Shown here: positions 37,247 to 50,727 of the stretch, in pieces
How the letters are laid out: every line of letters begins with the position of its first letter
Position numbering within the stretch: position 1 is the stretch's first letter
Source: Octopus bimaculoides
Lineage: Eukaryota
Assembly: GCF_001194135.2 (NCBI RefSeq)
Contig: NC_068992.1
Coordinates: 29,360,166 to 29,413,104 of the forward strand
Reading direction: 5' to 3'
Length of the DNA stretch: 52,939 nucleotides
Notes under the pieces: generated by a model
What the model was told of the DNA's origin: nothing
The model's database searches: none
What the model saw: only the letters and a program-made list of their open reading frames with translations
Program-made: the position numbers and the translations under genes

Positions 37247-38911
37247 GTATATATATATATATGTATGTATGTACACATTAGAAACATATACACACAAAAT
37301 ACCCCAGCCTAGAAATACACACGCGCACGCGTGCACGGATGCATACACACTTATTCAGTCTTTGCGAATGATTCCTTCAGATTCCTTGGATCAATGGGTT
37401 CTTTCAGGAAACAAAATTCGTTTACTTGTTTGAAAAAGATGGAGTGAATAATTAGCCAAGAATAAATGAATAAATTATCTTCTATGTATTGAATTCTTTG
37501 AATGTAAGAGCGCACACACGCACATGCATATCCTACACCCTCATTAGTTGTTGTTAATGTTGGAATGACTGGTCTATTCAATTCGGTTTTGTTTTGTTTA
37601 AGTTTCGTAAACATAGGAATATTTACACAGGAAGATTCTCGCCTTGGAAAGAACATGAACTGACATGTATAGTTTACATAGTATACATAATTTCTCAATG
37701 TATGAGATTTTCATTGGTTAAACATAATACAACGTCAGATGTTCAGGATCAACACACACATGACCATATTTTATCTAGACCAATTGATTAGAAAATCTCT
37801 ATGCAGTAATTGACCGACTAGAAATAACAGATAAATCTCACTGGAATGTCAGTTTACTGCTCTTACTTCGCCATCCACGTGACCATAAACGAATACACAA
37901 GTGGTGGCGATTGAACGGAAAACAACGATCGGGGCATCTGCGATCTACTCATTGGGTATTAAAAATCGTTAACAACTTAAAAAGCTATTTTGGAGTTAGA
38001 AGCCGTCCTAATTGCTACTAGTCTTCATTTTCTGCTTTCTTTTTCTATTTTTTAAAGGAATTTCTCTGTATCATTGATGTTACCCTCGCTTTGTCCTATT
38101 ACTGTTTTGGTATCAATAGTTGACAAAACTATAATGCTATACAGAATGCTATACAAAACAATGTGAACATTATCTGCCCATTTTAGTTAAGAGAAAATAT
38201 TAGAGAAAGAATCAACAGAGACACATCACTCAGGCACTATGGAAAGTTTCAGATTTAATCGTCGAATAATTATTAAACCCAGCGTCGGAAAAGAGAAACT
38301 TCAGAAGCACCCTATCATATTTTGCTCTGATACGCTATATGCCCAAAAGGAAAATAATTTCATTCTGAGGATGGTGCTCAGAGATTTTCGAAATTAATAG
38401 ATTTATGGAAGTGAATATTCCAAAACCGAATACAAAATATGAAGTTTGAATATAAAAGACTAATACGGTTCCAGGACAAATTATTATTTTATAAATTAAA
38501 AGTAAAATCAAACTCGAACACATCGGTGAAATAAATATCAGAGATGCTTGGCCTTATGTAGAAACTGCAGGAGCTACTCAGAATCAGTTTCTTTTGAATC
38601 CATCGCAATGTCAAAAGTCCCCTTGCCTATGTGTTTATCTATACGGTTGTATATTGGTGTGTATAAATACACAACCTCTCAAATTCACAAGCACATATAT
38701 ATGTACATATACATAAGAACATTTTTATGCACGTATTTAATATATGCATGCACGCATACATACATACACACACGTGAGCACGTATATATNNNNNNNNNNN
38801 NNNNNNNNNNNNNNNNNNNNNNNNNNNNNNNNNNNNNNNNNNNNNNNNNNNNNNNNNNNNNNNNNNNNNNNNNNNNNNNNNNNNNNNNNNATATATATAT
38901 ATATATATATA

Positions 38912-39050
38912 GTCGAAATTTATAGAAAACAAAAGACGAAAACAGGTGAGGAAAACACAAGGAGGTTTATTAGATTGACAGTGAGGAAGAATGGAAAAGT
39001 CTTTCATAGAAAGGATTGAGAGGAAGAAAATGGAGAGCGAACGAAAGAAA
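38912..39050 (-). mobile_element. Homologue of the 35345-35520 element lacking the hammerhead-like core
   Basis: aaagacgaaaacaggtg...tattagattgacagtgaggaa..gaaagtcttt|catagaaagg aligns to the reverse complement of the 35 kb copy with the GAAAC/GAGC segment missing. Confidence 0.5.
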
Positions 39051-39248
39051 ACTCGGATATACACACACTCGCGCGCACACACACACATACATATACATGT
39101 ATATGTGTGTCTATATTTATATATATGTGCATATGTATATTCATATATATATATATATAATTATTTGAATTCTTCCTCTTATGTATGGGTATGCATGTAT
39201 GTATGTGTGTATGTATGTATATATATATATATATATATCCGTGCATGC

Positions 39249-39281
<33 letters not shown>

Positions 39282-39464
39282 TGTATGTATGTTTATACAT
39301 ATGTCTTTAAGGAAATCTTTTAAGCGTGAATTTCGAAGTTTTGACTGCATATTATCGCTAAAATAGAATTATTAAAATTATCTGTCAGATGCATCAAAAA
39401 CCTGATGTTAATGATATTCTTGCTTGTTTTCATGCTTAAAAAAAGAAAGACCTTTCAGTTCCCG

Positions 39465-39510
<46 letters not shown>

Positions 39511-39512
<2 letters not shown>

Positions 39513-39557
39513 CAGTCCGACGAAGACTAAGAAGGCCGAAACTTCGTAGTCACTGTC
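39511..39557 (+). ncRNA. Minimal type I hammerhead ribozyme (one core substitution)
   Basis: GACAGT-CCGACGA-agactaagaaggcc-GAAAC-ttcgta-GTC-ACTGTC. Perfect 6-bp stem I, 2-bp stem III with a near-palindromic loop and a GUC cleavage triplet. The core reads CCGACGA instead of CTGANGA. Confidence 0.7.
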
Positions 39558-40379
39558 AAGGCTTTTCTTGTAAAAGAATCTTATATATATATATTATCAA
39601 TGTAACGTACATCAGAAAAAGAAACACACTCTAAAAAACAGAGCAACAAGTATTAAAACAAGAAGTTAAAATCCGGTCATAGAGTGACCAATTGTTTCGA
39701 ATCTGCGAAAGCTAACTTTCCGAGTTCGTTTACAAGTTTTAGAAAAACTGAAGGACCACTGCAATAAATGTGTGAACTTGAGAGGGAAATATGTTAAATA
39801 ATGTCATAATAAACTGTATTTTCTTTCATCAAAAGCCAGGAACACTTCATTCCGCGCGCGCGCGCATTTTGTGTGTTGGTATGTATATAATTACTATGTG
39901 GAATTGGATGAAATCAATGCTGTCGATGGATTTCAATTGGTCAGGCATATCTCGACCCGATGTCAACAACACTGTGGAGGCACTGACTTTACTTCAAATT
40001 TGCTGCCTGCATTTAATTCTATTTTTAAATATTGATTGTTCCTCTTTCATCTTGAAATTTATGACACTTCTTCAAGCACATATCTATCTCACCTTTCCTC
40101 TCTCCCTCTCTCTCTGTCTCTCAGTCTCTCCTATCTCTCTCCCATGCTTTGTCTATATTTTTCTCTCTATATATATATATATGTATACCCATATAAACAT
40201 ACACATATATAAAAATATAATAAAAACACGTGTATAGTTATATTGATGCAGACATATATATCATAGTTATTAACCTATATCTTGATACATACATACATAC
40301 ATACATACATACAATCACACATACATACATACATACATTCATACATACATACATACATTCATACATACATACATACATA

Positions 40380-40755
40380 CAAGGCGTCGAAATTGTGTTT
40401 CTCCGGAGGGTATCTGGAGAGAGGAAACGGACAGTGTGTGTATTAAGGAAAACATGGAAATACTCTAGGGCGGTCCCTTACTTCTCTGCATTGAGAACTC
40501 ACAGCGCCGGTACTACACACAAGTGATTATATCTTCGCAGGAAAGAATTTCAAGGCAACTTATTCAGGCTGTGCCAACTTACAGGAGAGCAAATAGCAGA
40601 CAGAGAAAGTGATGGGTGGATTATACCCAAAGTTTTAGTTGTTCACGCTTGGGACTCCATCCAGAAAATCTGAGGATGCTTGCTTCTGACAGTACCTTAT
40701 GGAGACAGTGCCTTAGGCATCAACCTCCACAACCCTCCCAAGAATAAAATTATCG
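40380..40755 (+). mobile_element. RTE-clade LINE 3' fragment
   Basis: VEIVFLRRVSG...LLCIENSQRRYYTQV..SQERISRQLIQAVP..R.NSRQRK*WVDY...SRLGLHPENL..LASD..LWRQCL..QPPQP, typical of the RTE post-RT C-terminus. Confidence 0.7.
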
Positions 40756-40773
40756 GAGAAGGACAGATATATA

Positions 40774-40812
<39 letters not shown>

Positions 40813-42321
40813 NNNNNNNNNNNNNNNNNNNNNNNNNNNNNNNNNNNNNNNNNNNNNNNNNNNNNNNNNNNNNNNNNNNNNNNNNNNNNNNNNNNNNNNN
40901 NNNNNNNNNNNNNNNNNNNNNNNNNNNNNNNNNNNNNNNNNNNNNNNNNNNNNNNNNNNNNNNNNNNNNNNNNNNNNNNNNNNNNNNNNNNNNNNNNNNN
41001 NNNNNNNNNNNNNNNNNNNNNNNNNNNNNNNNNNNNNNNNNNNNNNNNNNNNNNNNNNNNNNNNNNNNNNNNNNNNNNNNNNNNNNNNNNNNNNNNNNNN
41101 NNNNNNNNNNNNNNNNNNNNNNNNNNNNNNNNNNNNNNNNNNNNNNNNNNNNNNNNNNNNNNNNNNNNNNNNNNNNNNNNNNNNNNNNNNNNNNNNNNNN
41201 NNNNNNNNNNNNNNNNNNNNNNNNNNNNNNNNNNNNNNNNNNNNNNNNNNNNNNNNNNNNNNNNNNNNNNNNNNNNNNNNNNNNNNNNNNNNNNNNNNNN
41301 NNNNNNNNNNNNNNNNNNNNNNNNNNNNNNNNNNNNNNNNNNNNNNNNNNNNNNNNNNNNNNNNNNNNNNNNNNNNNNNNNNNNNNNNNNNNNNNNNNNN
41401 NNNNNNNNNNNNNNNNNNNNNNNNNNNNNNNNNNNNNNNNNNNNNNNNNNNNNNNNNNNNNNNNNNNNNATATATGTGTGTGTGTGTGTCTGTGTATACA
41501 TACACACACACTATATAGTCATACATACATGCAATATATATGTATATGTAGGTATATATGTGTTTTTTGTGTATGTTAGTGTGTGTATAGTACACTTATA
41601 TGCACATGAATACAACAAAGTATGAGTGAAAATTATGTAACAAATAGTTGTTCAAAATGCTTATTTTTACCCCTCATTTTTGCATATCTTTGATCACAAA
41701 ACATCAATACATTGACCTTTTTTTTTTGATCTAGTTGCTGCATTTGATCGTAGAAAAGTGAACAACTCTTTTTCTCTCTTTCGTCACCCCTTCTCTTTGT
41801 CTCTTTCTCGCCAGGCACATACACATATACACACTCACACAAATATATTTGCATAAATATACTCATGTACATGATTTCATATACGTTCCAGTGTTATTCG
41901 TCACATGACGGATAATTTTGAAAGTATACTTTTCTCCCCATACAGAATATCAAAAGATACAGCACACACATATATATATTAATAATTTTTTAAATAAATA
42001 TATCTGTTGCTTTAAAAATAAAAGAAAATAAAGCTAATTTCGCAATTGTATATATGCAGTAAACATAGATAATTTTTCTAAATTTTTCTCAACAGATTTA
42101 CCATCGACTCCTTAGAGAACCTATCTCTGCAAAAATACAGTGCAGAGTGTGTACTTTCGGGAAAATCAAAATTGCATACTCCCAAACCTACTATGTAAAC
42201 TCATCTGTATTTCTCTATAAAACTTCCCTCTTCTTAATGTACGACTGTACCATGTAAAGCGAGAGTAGAGGCATCAACCAACCAAGCACCCAACCAAGAT
42301 TTATATTGGCCATCATTTTTT

Positions 42322-43500
42322 CAGTGTCCAGAAAGTAAGGCAATAATTTCGAAATTATCAATAAATGTGAAAAGATATGAAAATTATAGATCATTATAAA
42401 AGCTTAGTGTGCAACCCTTCCTGTTTCAGACTAAATAAATTCAGATTTATAAATTAGATAATGGCTATAGACCGAAATACAATTATAAACCTCAATAAAA
42501 GGAAGCGAAATTAATACAGCAATAACAAACAACAGTCTGGAAAATTGTCAAGAAATCTCAAGAGACTGGTTCCACCGCTGATCGATCTAGACGTGACTGT
42601 AGAAGAAGTCTGCAAACCCCTCAGAGTATCAATTGTACTAGTGAAAAAATACTGCAAAATCCCCGTCGTTTCGTCAGAAAACTTGCTGCCACAGCAAAAC
42701 TAAACCGAACATCGATGTATCGAGTGCTGAACGAAGATATCAAGACCCACCCTTACAAGATGATCCGTCGCCATGAGCTCACACAAGTTTATAAAGCTAT
42801 AAGACTGGAGAGCAGTCGTCTTATCCTGCATCAGATGGCTCAAGGCACACAGCCCAACCTGATTGTTCATTGGTGAAAAAAAATGTAACATCGAACATAC
42901 AGTAAACCAGCAAAATGACCGACTTTGGCGTGTATCTAGTCCCATCGAGGGTAGATTCGGAAATCGATATCGAAATCCACAGTCAGTTATGATTTGGGCC
43001 GCTGTAACTGCTACTGAAAGGTCTCCATTCGGTTTTATTCTCTCAGGTGTTCAAACTAACACCCAGTGAAACATTAACGGCATTGTGGAAGCTGAATTGC
43101 TTCCATGGGCGAATGAGCACATTCAAGGCGCTCCTTGGCGCCTCCAACAGGACTCAACACCATTCCACTGCTCCAAACAGACACAACACTAGATTTAGAT
43201 AAAACATTCCCTTGTTCATAGGCAATGATGTATTGCCCTCAAGAAGCCACGATCTCAGCCTGCTGGATTTTTGTGCTTGATTCATTTTGAAGACTAGGGT
43301 CTCGAGCACTTCTCTTGCTTTGCTCGAAGCTCTGAAGGCAAAACTGTGTCAGGAATGGACTTCAATTCCGCAAGAACAGTTGTGTGCAGTGCGTGAAGTA
43401 TTCGCACCTAGGTTTAAGGTTGTGATTCGAAACAAAGATGGTCATATCGAATAAATGTGGTAGTGTAAGAATTGTGTTTCCTTAATTTTGGGACATCCTG
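42322..43500 (+). mobile_element. Near full-length maT/DD37D-type Tc1/mariner element with a disrupted transposase (about 42461-43454)
   Basis: Left end cagtgtccagaaagtaagg resembles the reverse complement of the right end (caggatgtcccaaaattaagg, followed by TA). Motifs: TVWKIVKK..ETGS..DR; RKLA....RTSMYRVL..D....PYK; IGEK....NQQNDR.W; SVMIWAAV; LQQDSTPFH; SHDLSLLDF; NKDGHIE*. Confidence 0.88.
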
Positions 43501-43509
43501 TATTTCTGA

Positions 43510-43616
<107 letters not shown>

Positions 43617-43726
43617 TCTGTCTGTCTGTCTGTATGTCTGTCTGTATGTCTGTCTGTCTGTCTGATTGACTGTCTATCCATGTGTATGTGTTGTCCGTGT
43701 ACACACATGCACTCTCTTTCTTTATT

Positions 43727-43835
<109 letters not shown>

Positions 43836-44654
43836 GTCACACACATACATGCGTGTGCGTATATATATGTCTTACATTCTGCGTATTTACTCGCACTTAC
43901 TCAGCCTTCATCGACAAATCCCAACCTATATTTTATATGGAAGAAGATGGTATATATATTAGAGATTTTCATGCAAGATGTGAATAGATTCATCTAATTA
44001 TATTACATGTTTACTTTCATCAGCAGTGTTAAACAATTAAATGTGTCGTCATTTCGAACACATTTATTAACAAAATAAATTGCATATATTATTAGGGAGT
44101 AAGTGCTACAGACATAATTGTTACTTGCTAAGTATATTGTAAAAATATTAAATTAGACACAGAAGTAAATTACAGTCAAAGCAAAGTATTCGTCAATGAA
44201 CATTTAAGTGTAAGTGCCATTACGAAATTATAAATCAATAACCACTTTTTTTCTTTTACATAGAAACGAAATAAAGTACAGCTTAAATCAATTTAACAAC
44301 CATCACACATATTCTCTGCCTTCTGATTGTTGTAACGAAAATATTTTTCTAGAGTCAACCTGCTGATGCATCACATGACGCTGCCACTTTCCGGAGTTCA
44401 TCGTACTTTCCGTGATCATTTTCTTCATCAAATCAAATTATCATATTTATTCTCATCATTCGTGAGGTTAGGAACTTTTCGCTACCTTCTCATTTGGAAT
44501 ATCACTGGATGTATTCTTTACAACACTTGTTATGAGAAACTGCTTGGCTTCTTGCTCACTGTGGTTACTATTTTTGGTACGTTGCTTCTGGTTTAAAGAA
44601 AATCCTGGTCGAACACATCTGACGTAACCTACACACACATACATACACACACAC

Positions 44655-44690
<36 letters not shown>

Positions 44691-44697
44691 GCGCACA

Positions 44698-44733
<36 letters not shown>

Positions 44734-44823
44734 ACATATGCGGGCTTGCCTGTGTGTATGCGCGTGTATATGTATGTATGTGTGTATGTATGTTTGTCTG
44801 TTTTACGTATGTATCTATCTATA

Positions 44824-44877
<54 letters not shown>

Positions 44878-44887
44878 NNNNNNNNNN

Positions 44888-44945
<58 letters not shown>

Positions 44946-45877
44946 CGCACGCATAATAGATTGAAGGAACTTGCCTATGTCATTTCTGTGGAGCCAGCAG
45001 TTTATTGTTGAAACGCTGTGTCAGGAAAAACCAATTTCTCTTTCTCGCAGAACGAAAATATGGAAATGCTTTTACATGTTTACACAATTGATTATCACAA
45101 CTAATGTTTCTAATATCTAAATATATTACAGAATTTCTGATTCACATTTTGTTGTGTATAAGTCTGATAAACACAAGCATGTTGAAACACATAGGAGTCG
45201 GTGTCAATTATTTACTTGAAAAATTACTAAATTTGTACCCTACTAAAATGTATTGAGAAATACCCCAGTTTAATCATCAGTTGCTTTAAATATAATTTAA
45301 CATATAAACAAACATTAATACACACACAGACACACACATATATATATAAACGTACATACATACATATACACCTGAATACACACAAACATACATACGTACA
45401 TACATACATACATACATACAGACAGACAGACAGACAGACATACGTACGTACAGATATAACTCAACCAATTATTCCAGGGTTATTATGTGTCCAATGACAC
45501 AATGACTGATGAGCAGGCTGGTGGAAAGAAGAAAGTGTGAAGATGTGCCGACAACTTTTGATAAAAAAAAGCTTTATAGTCTTAAGTGACGAAACACACT
45601 AGGAGCCCGGCAACAAAGTGGCTTGATTATAGGAAGTGATTTGATACTAATCCCTACTCATTGTAGCCGAAGTGCCTACATTTGTTAAAAGTGCCTGCTA
45701 CCTTCATAGCTAACATTGAAATGCTTACAAATGCCTGGTCAAAATTCCTTACATTTAGAATAGGGAGCGAACTGATCGTCTCTAATGTTATAAATATCTC
45801 AAAGGGAATATTCTAAGGAGATAATCTTTCTGTTATTTTATTAAATTTGGCGTTAGACCTGTTATAGTCCTGTTACA

Positions 45878-46322
45878 TAATCAAATGCATGCGTCTGCTT
45901 GTGTGGCATGGTGCAGAGTCCTGTTGCCAGACATAATGTCTTCCAGCAGCAAACCTCTTGACCCTGTGCAGCATTACTTCCACCAGGCACTTGATGTAGG
46001 CCTCCGTGTTGAGTCTGAGGTCGTGTGGGAAGATGAATGGAAGCATAACGTCGCCATCACTAATGATCACTCCAAAAACCATGATGTTGACAGGTTGTTT
46101 GATTTTTATCACTCTCAATACATGTTCTCAGATTTACACCCAAACACTCTGAAATGTTCGTATTGGAGCTTCTAGCACGAATGCTAAGCAATACAGCATG
46201 TTGTTCCAAAATTTCTTGCAGAGTGAATTGCGCCACGATGGTGCTTTTCTCACAATCGCTATCCAACTGACCCTAAAGTACTGTGTATTCGATAACATCG
46301 TAAAAAAAAAAAACAATTCGTA
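45878..46322 (-). mobile_element. maT/DD37D-type remnant with internal deletion, same family as 33895-34490
   Basis: The N-terminus (FTLQEILEQHAVLLSIRARSSNTNISECLGVNLRT) is joined directly to IKQPVNIMVFGVIISDGDVMLPFIFPHDLRLNTEAYIKCL...WQQDSAPCHTSR. Confidence 0.85.
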
Positions 46323-46346
46323 CGCGCGAAATGAAAAGTATGAAAA

Positions 46347-47345
46347 GATTTCCACAGAGCTCCCAATGCATCATTCTTGCCACATTGTCATGAATTCTTT
46401 TGTATTCGCGTTATGCCAATTTAGGGCATTCGCTAACGATGTGCCATACCGTTTCACCCCTCTCGCCACACATGCTGCATTTGTCGTTATCGGCAGTGTT
46501 GTCTATTCTGCACTTCATACAGTTGGTCCTTAACGCTTATTCCTGCGCTGCATGTGTGATGGTTTCTGCCTCTATCTTCAGATTACTTCTCCTCATCCAT
46601 AGCCATTAATCCTCTGTACCTGTCTTGGCGTTCACATCTCTTGTAAACTGACCGTACATTTTCTTCTTCTTTCCATGCTTTTTCTTTTTTTTTCTTTTTG
46701 TTTATTTCTAGTTAAGATTTTTCTTTAGTCACACAATTTTCAGTTTTGATTACGCTGGCGTTCTTCGTGCGTTTCAGCAGTGGCCCCACAGCATTTTTTA
46801 TATACCACCGTAAACTGTTTCCCTCTGCTTCAATACAGTCCTGGCGATTGATCAAACCTCTTCCACCCTTTCTTCTGGACAAGTACAGCTTATCGGTGTC
46901 ACTCTGACGGTGGAAGTCTCCGTGTACTGTGGACGTTTTTCTGGTCTTGGTATCAATTTTATTTACTTCCCTCTTTTGCCATTTTATAATTCCCGCCCCA
47001 TACCGAAGTGATGCTATCGCCCACGTATTAACTGCTTGGATTTTATTCCATCCAGTCAAATTTGAGCACAACACCAACCTCAGTCCTCGGAAATACCCCA
47101 CCTTCAATTGCTCTTTCATTTCCTTTTCTATTATCTCAGTGAACTCTAGTACACCAAAGTATTTGTATCCTTCCGTTTCGATTTGTTTGATCAAGTTTTT
47201 ATTCTGTAATTCTATCCCTGCTATGGATTGTACCTTGCCTCTGTTTAGGAAAATTATTCCACACTTCTTGAGTTAAAATTCCATTCTAATATCAGTACTA
47301 AAACAATGGACCGTGTTCACTAAGGAACTTGCTTGTATCTCATCC
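46347..47345 (-). mobile_element. R4/Dong-clade LINE internal fragment: RT C-terminus, thumb and CCHC zinc knuckle
   Basis: DIRMEF*LKKC; YKYFGVLE; NKIQAVNTWAIASLRYGAGIIKW; DTKTRK...DTDKLYLSRRKGGRGL; YGQF..WLW..NLKIEAE..AAQE*ALRTN; CSMCGERGETVWHIVSECPKLA*REYKRIHDNVARMMHWELC. Confidence 0.9.
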
Positions 47346-48175
47346 TTGCCATACAGTTTCAAATAATCCATATATACATATATATATATCNNNNNNNNNN
47401 NNNNNNNNNNNNNNNNNNNNNNNNNNNNNNNNNNNNNNNNNNNNNNNNNNNNNNNNNNNNNNNNNNNNNNNNNNNNNNNNNNNNNNNNNNNNNNNNNNNN
47501 NNNNNNNNNNNNNNNNNNNNNNNNNNNNNNNNNNNNNNNNNNNNNNNNNNNNNNNNNNNNNNNNNNNNNNNNNNNNNNNNNNNNNNNNNNNNNNNNNNNN
47601 NNNNNNNNNNNNNNNNNNNNNNNNNNNNNNNNNNNNNNNNNNNNNNNNNNNNNNNNNNNNNNNNNNNNNNNNNNNATTTATTTATTTATGTGTTTCAGCC
47701 AAGTGGCTGCGGTCATATATACATATATATGTGTGTGTGTGTATATATATATATACATAAATGAAGGTGTCGTGTGTGTACTGATACAAACAATTGTACA
47801 TATACATTTTTGTAACTATCTATCTATAAAATATGTTTATGTATGTTTATATTCATAACGTTTGCCTGTAGCATTTGACACCTCTCATTCCTCATGAAAA
47901 GTGAAACTTTATTGCATTGAATACTGCATTAGCAAATCTTAATATCTAATATTTCATTACGTGCCAATGCTAAGAGGAATATATATGTAATATATACAAA
48001 TAAATATACGTATTACATTTATGATACAATGAACACACCTGCGCATATGTAGTTTCATAAAATTTTATAAATTTGCGTATTTATCTCGCAGTGGTACATT
48101 TTAACAGTTGCTCTTTTTCTTTCGCGTTATGTGTTTCTTTCATTCGTTCTCTATTTCTTTCTTTCTCCGTTCTTA

Positions 48176-48217
<42 letters not shown>

Positions 48218-48577
48218 CTCTCTCTCTCTCCATTTATATATATATATGTATATATCAACGACCGAACACATACATAAATGCATGCACACACACTATCACA
48301 CAGACACTCTTATATATATATATATATATATATANNNNNNNNNNNNNNNNNNNNNNNNNNNNNNNNNNNNNNNNNNNNNNNNNNNNNNNNNNNNNNNNNN
48401 NNNNNNNNNNNNNNNNNNNNNNNNNNNNNNNNNNNNNNNNNNNNNNNNNNNNNNNNNNNNNNNNNNNNNNNNNNNNNNNNNNNNNNNNNNNNNNNNNNNN
48501 NNNNNNNNNNNNNNNNNNNNNNNNNNNNNNNNNNNNNNCTTTCTTTCTTTCTTTCTTTCTCTCTCTCTCTCTCCATT

Positions 48578-48609
<32 letters not shown>

Positions 48610-49147
48610 TACCTATAGACATATGTGCGTGCATGTACATGTATTTAGGTATAAATAGGAACCTTAATCCTAACTTTCAAATTTTCCCTTTATATCAATG
48701 TTCACAGAACACCTCAGTTCAGCAAAGAATGAGTAAAGAAGTAACTTTCATCAATAAATATCATCCACAACTCAAAATAAACACATAATATAATACAGAA
48801 CACTACTAACCTTACCATTAATACCACCAATTCCCATATATTCCATACACCATTCATATTACAGCGTTACATCTACCCTAATTGCACCACCCCCAGAACT
48901 ACTTACCTCCCTTGCATATAATCTTTTTAATCAGGGAATAGTAGACCCCACACCGTTTGGTAATCTGTGCACATTCAAAACCAGTGAACAGTAATTGATA
49001 AAATCGGTATGATTTTGAATCCCTTGAGTAATTCAAAATATTGATTTTATTCCTTTTAATTCTACCTCAGTTCACCTAATTGTATATATTTATTGTTACT
49101 TTTCATAAAAGTACTAGGATAACGAAAATATAGCAAAAATACTAAAC

Positions 49148-49428
49148 GAGTGGATTTGGTAGACGGAAACTGAAAGAAGCCTGTCGTATATATGTATATA
49201 TATATATGTGTATGTGTATGTTTGTGTGTCTGTTTGTCCCCCCAACATCGCTTGACAACCGATGGTGGTGTGTTTATGTCCCAGTAACTTAGCAGTTCGG
49301 CAAAAGAGACCGATAGAATAAGTACTAGGCTTCCAAAGAATAAGTCCTGGGGTCGATTTGCTCGACTAAAGTCGGTGCTCCAACATGGCCGCAGTCAAAT
49401 GACTGAAACAAGTAAAAGAGTAAAAGAA
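49148..49428 (+). mobile_element. SINE family A, 5'-truncated
   Basis: gagtggatttggtagacggaaactgaaagaagcc...gactgaaacaagtaaaagagtaaaagaata. Confidence 0.9.
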
Positions 49429-50691
49429 TATATATATATGTATACATATACAACACACATAAATATATATATATACATACATATGTGTATAGTTTACTGT
49501 TCCGTTAAGATAAGAATCAACAAGATTGTACTCTATCCATTCCATTGAATGCAAATTTTCATGTTATGTACGTTGTATTAAGATAAGAACTACTAATCAA
49601 TTCTTGCCACAAAGACACATGCATATTACTTTCAATGAATCTCTAGGCACTGCTGTGAGTCTGGTCACCTGCGGAAGCACATGCATACATCTATTATTGA
49701 ATCATATAAATACAAAGTTGCTTATAATTTATGTAACAGTCAGCAATTAACTAATACTGCAGTGATTCCCAATAAAGCCTCTTCACTCCATTTTCTCGTA
49801 CTGAAATTTGTTCATATATACTCTAAGGATGTTTGCTGTTTTCTATATGTGTGTCTAGTAATAGAAGTCCTATTGTATGACAGCATTTTGTTAGCCGATA
49901 CCTAGAGAAGGTCATTGGAAGCCATGCAATAAGGTTATTACCGACATCAAACTAAATTTTTTACATACATATATACATACATATCTGTCTGTCTATCTAT
50001 CTATATATGATATATGATATATATGCATATACATATGTACTTGTATTTATGTATGTATATATATATNNNNNNNNNNNNNNNNNNNNNNNNNNNNNNNNNN
50101 NNNNNNNNNNNNNNNNNNNNNNNNNNNNNNNNNNNNNNNNNNNNNNNNNNNNNNNNNNNNNNNNNNNNNNNNNNNNNNNNNNNNNNNNNNNNNNNNNNNN
50201 NNNNNNNNNNNNNNNNNNNNNNNNNNNNNNNNNNNNNNNNNNNNNNNNNNNNNNNNNNNNNNNNNNNNNNNNNNNNNNNNNNNNNNNNNNNNNNNNNNNN
50301 NNNNNNNNNNNNNNNNNNNNNNNNNNNNNNNNNNNNNNNNNNNNNNNNNNNNNNNNNNNNNNNNNNNNNNNNNNNNNNNNNNNNNNNNNNNNNNNNNNNN
50401 NNNNNNNNNNNNNNNNNNNNNNNNNNNNTATATATATATATATATATTATACATATGCATATATATGTGTATATATATGCATATATATATGTATATATAT
50501 ATGTATATATATATGTGTATATATATATGTAAATATATATATGTGTGTGTGTGTATATATATATATATATAGATAGATATATGTATATATGCACATTCAT
50601 ATATATGCGCATACATTCTAAAATACACATACGTACACTCATATAACGATATATACGTGCAGCGGAGGGAGAGAGAGAGAGAGAGAGAGAC

Positions 50692-50727
<36 letters not shown>

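Noticed and set aside
36710-37467. Apparently identical approximately 230-bp direct repeat (36710-36937 and 37240-37467)
   Set aside because: The first copy ends exactly at a gap and is joined through (TA)n in the middle of a SINE whose tail reappears after the gap. This is most likely a scaffolding or mis-join artefact.
38238-38640. Short plus-strand protein-like frames (MESFRFNRRIIIKP..; IRDAWPYVETAG..)
   Set aside because: Interrupted by several stops and matching no family I recognise.
44340-44620. Minus-strand acidic, protein-like frames (GYVRCVRPGF..; FDEENDHGKYDELRK..)
   Set aside because: They need frameshifts, the acceptor is a (TG)n tract, and no homology was recognised.
45506-45527. 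CTGATGA...GAAA motif
   Set aside because: The intervening bases do not form a stem II and there is no stem I or III; probably chance.
48170-48610. Duplicated (CTTT)n(CT)n-ccatttata(TA)n block on both sides of the 48335-48538 gap
   Set aside because: Same gap-flank duplication pattern; probably an assembly artefact.
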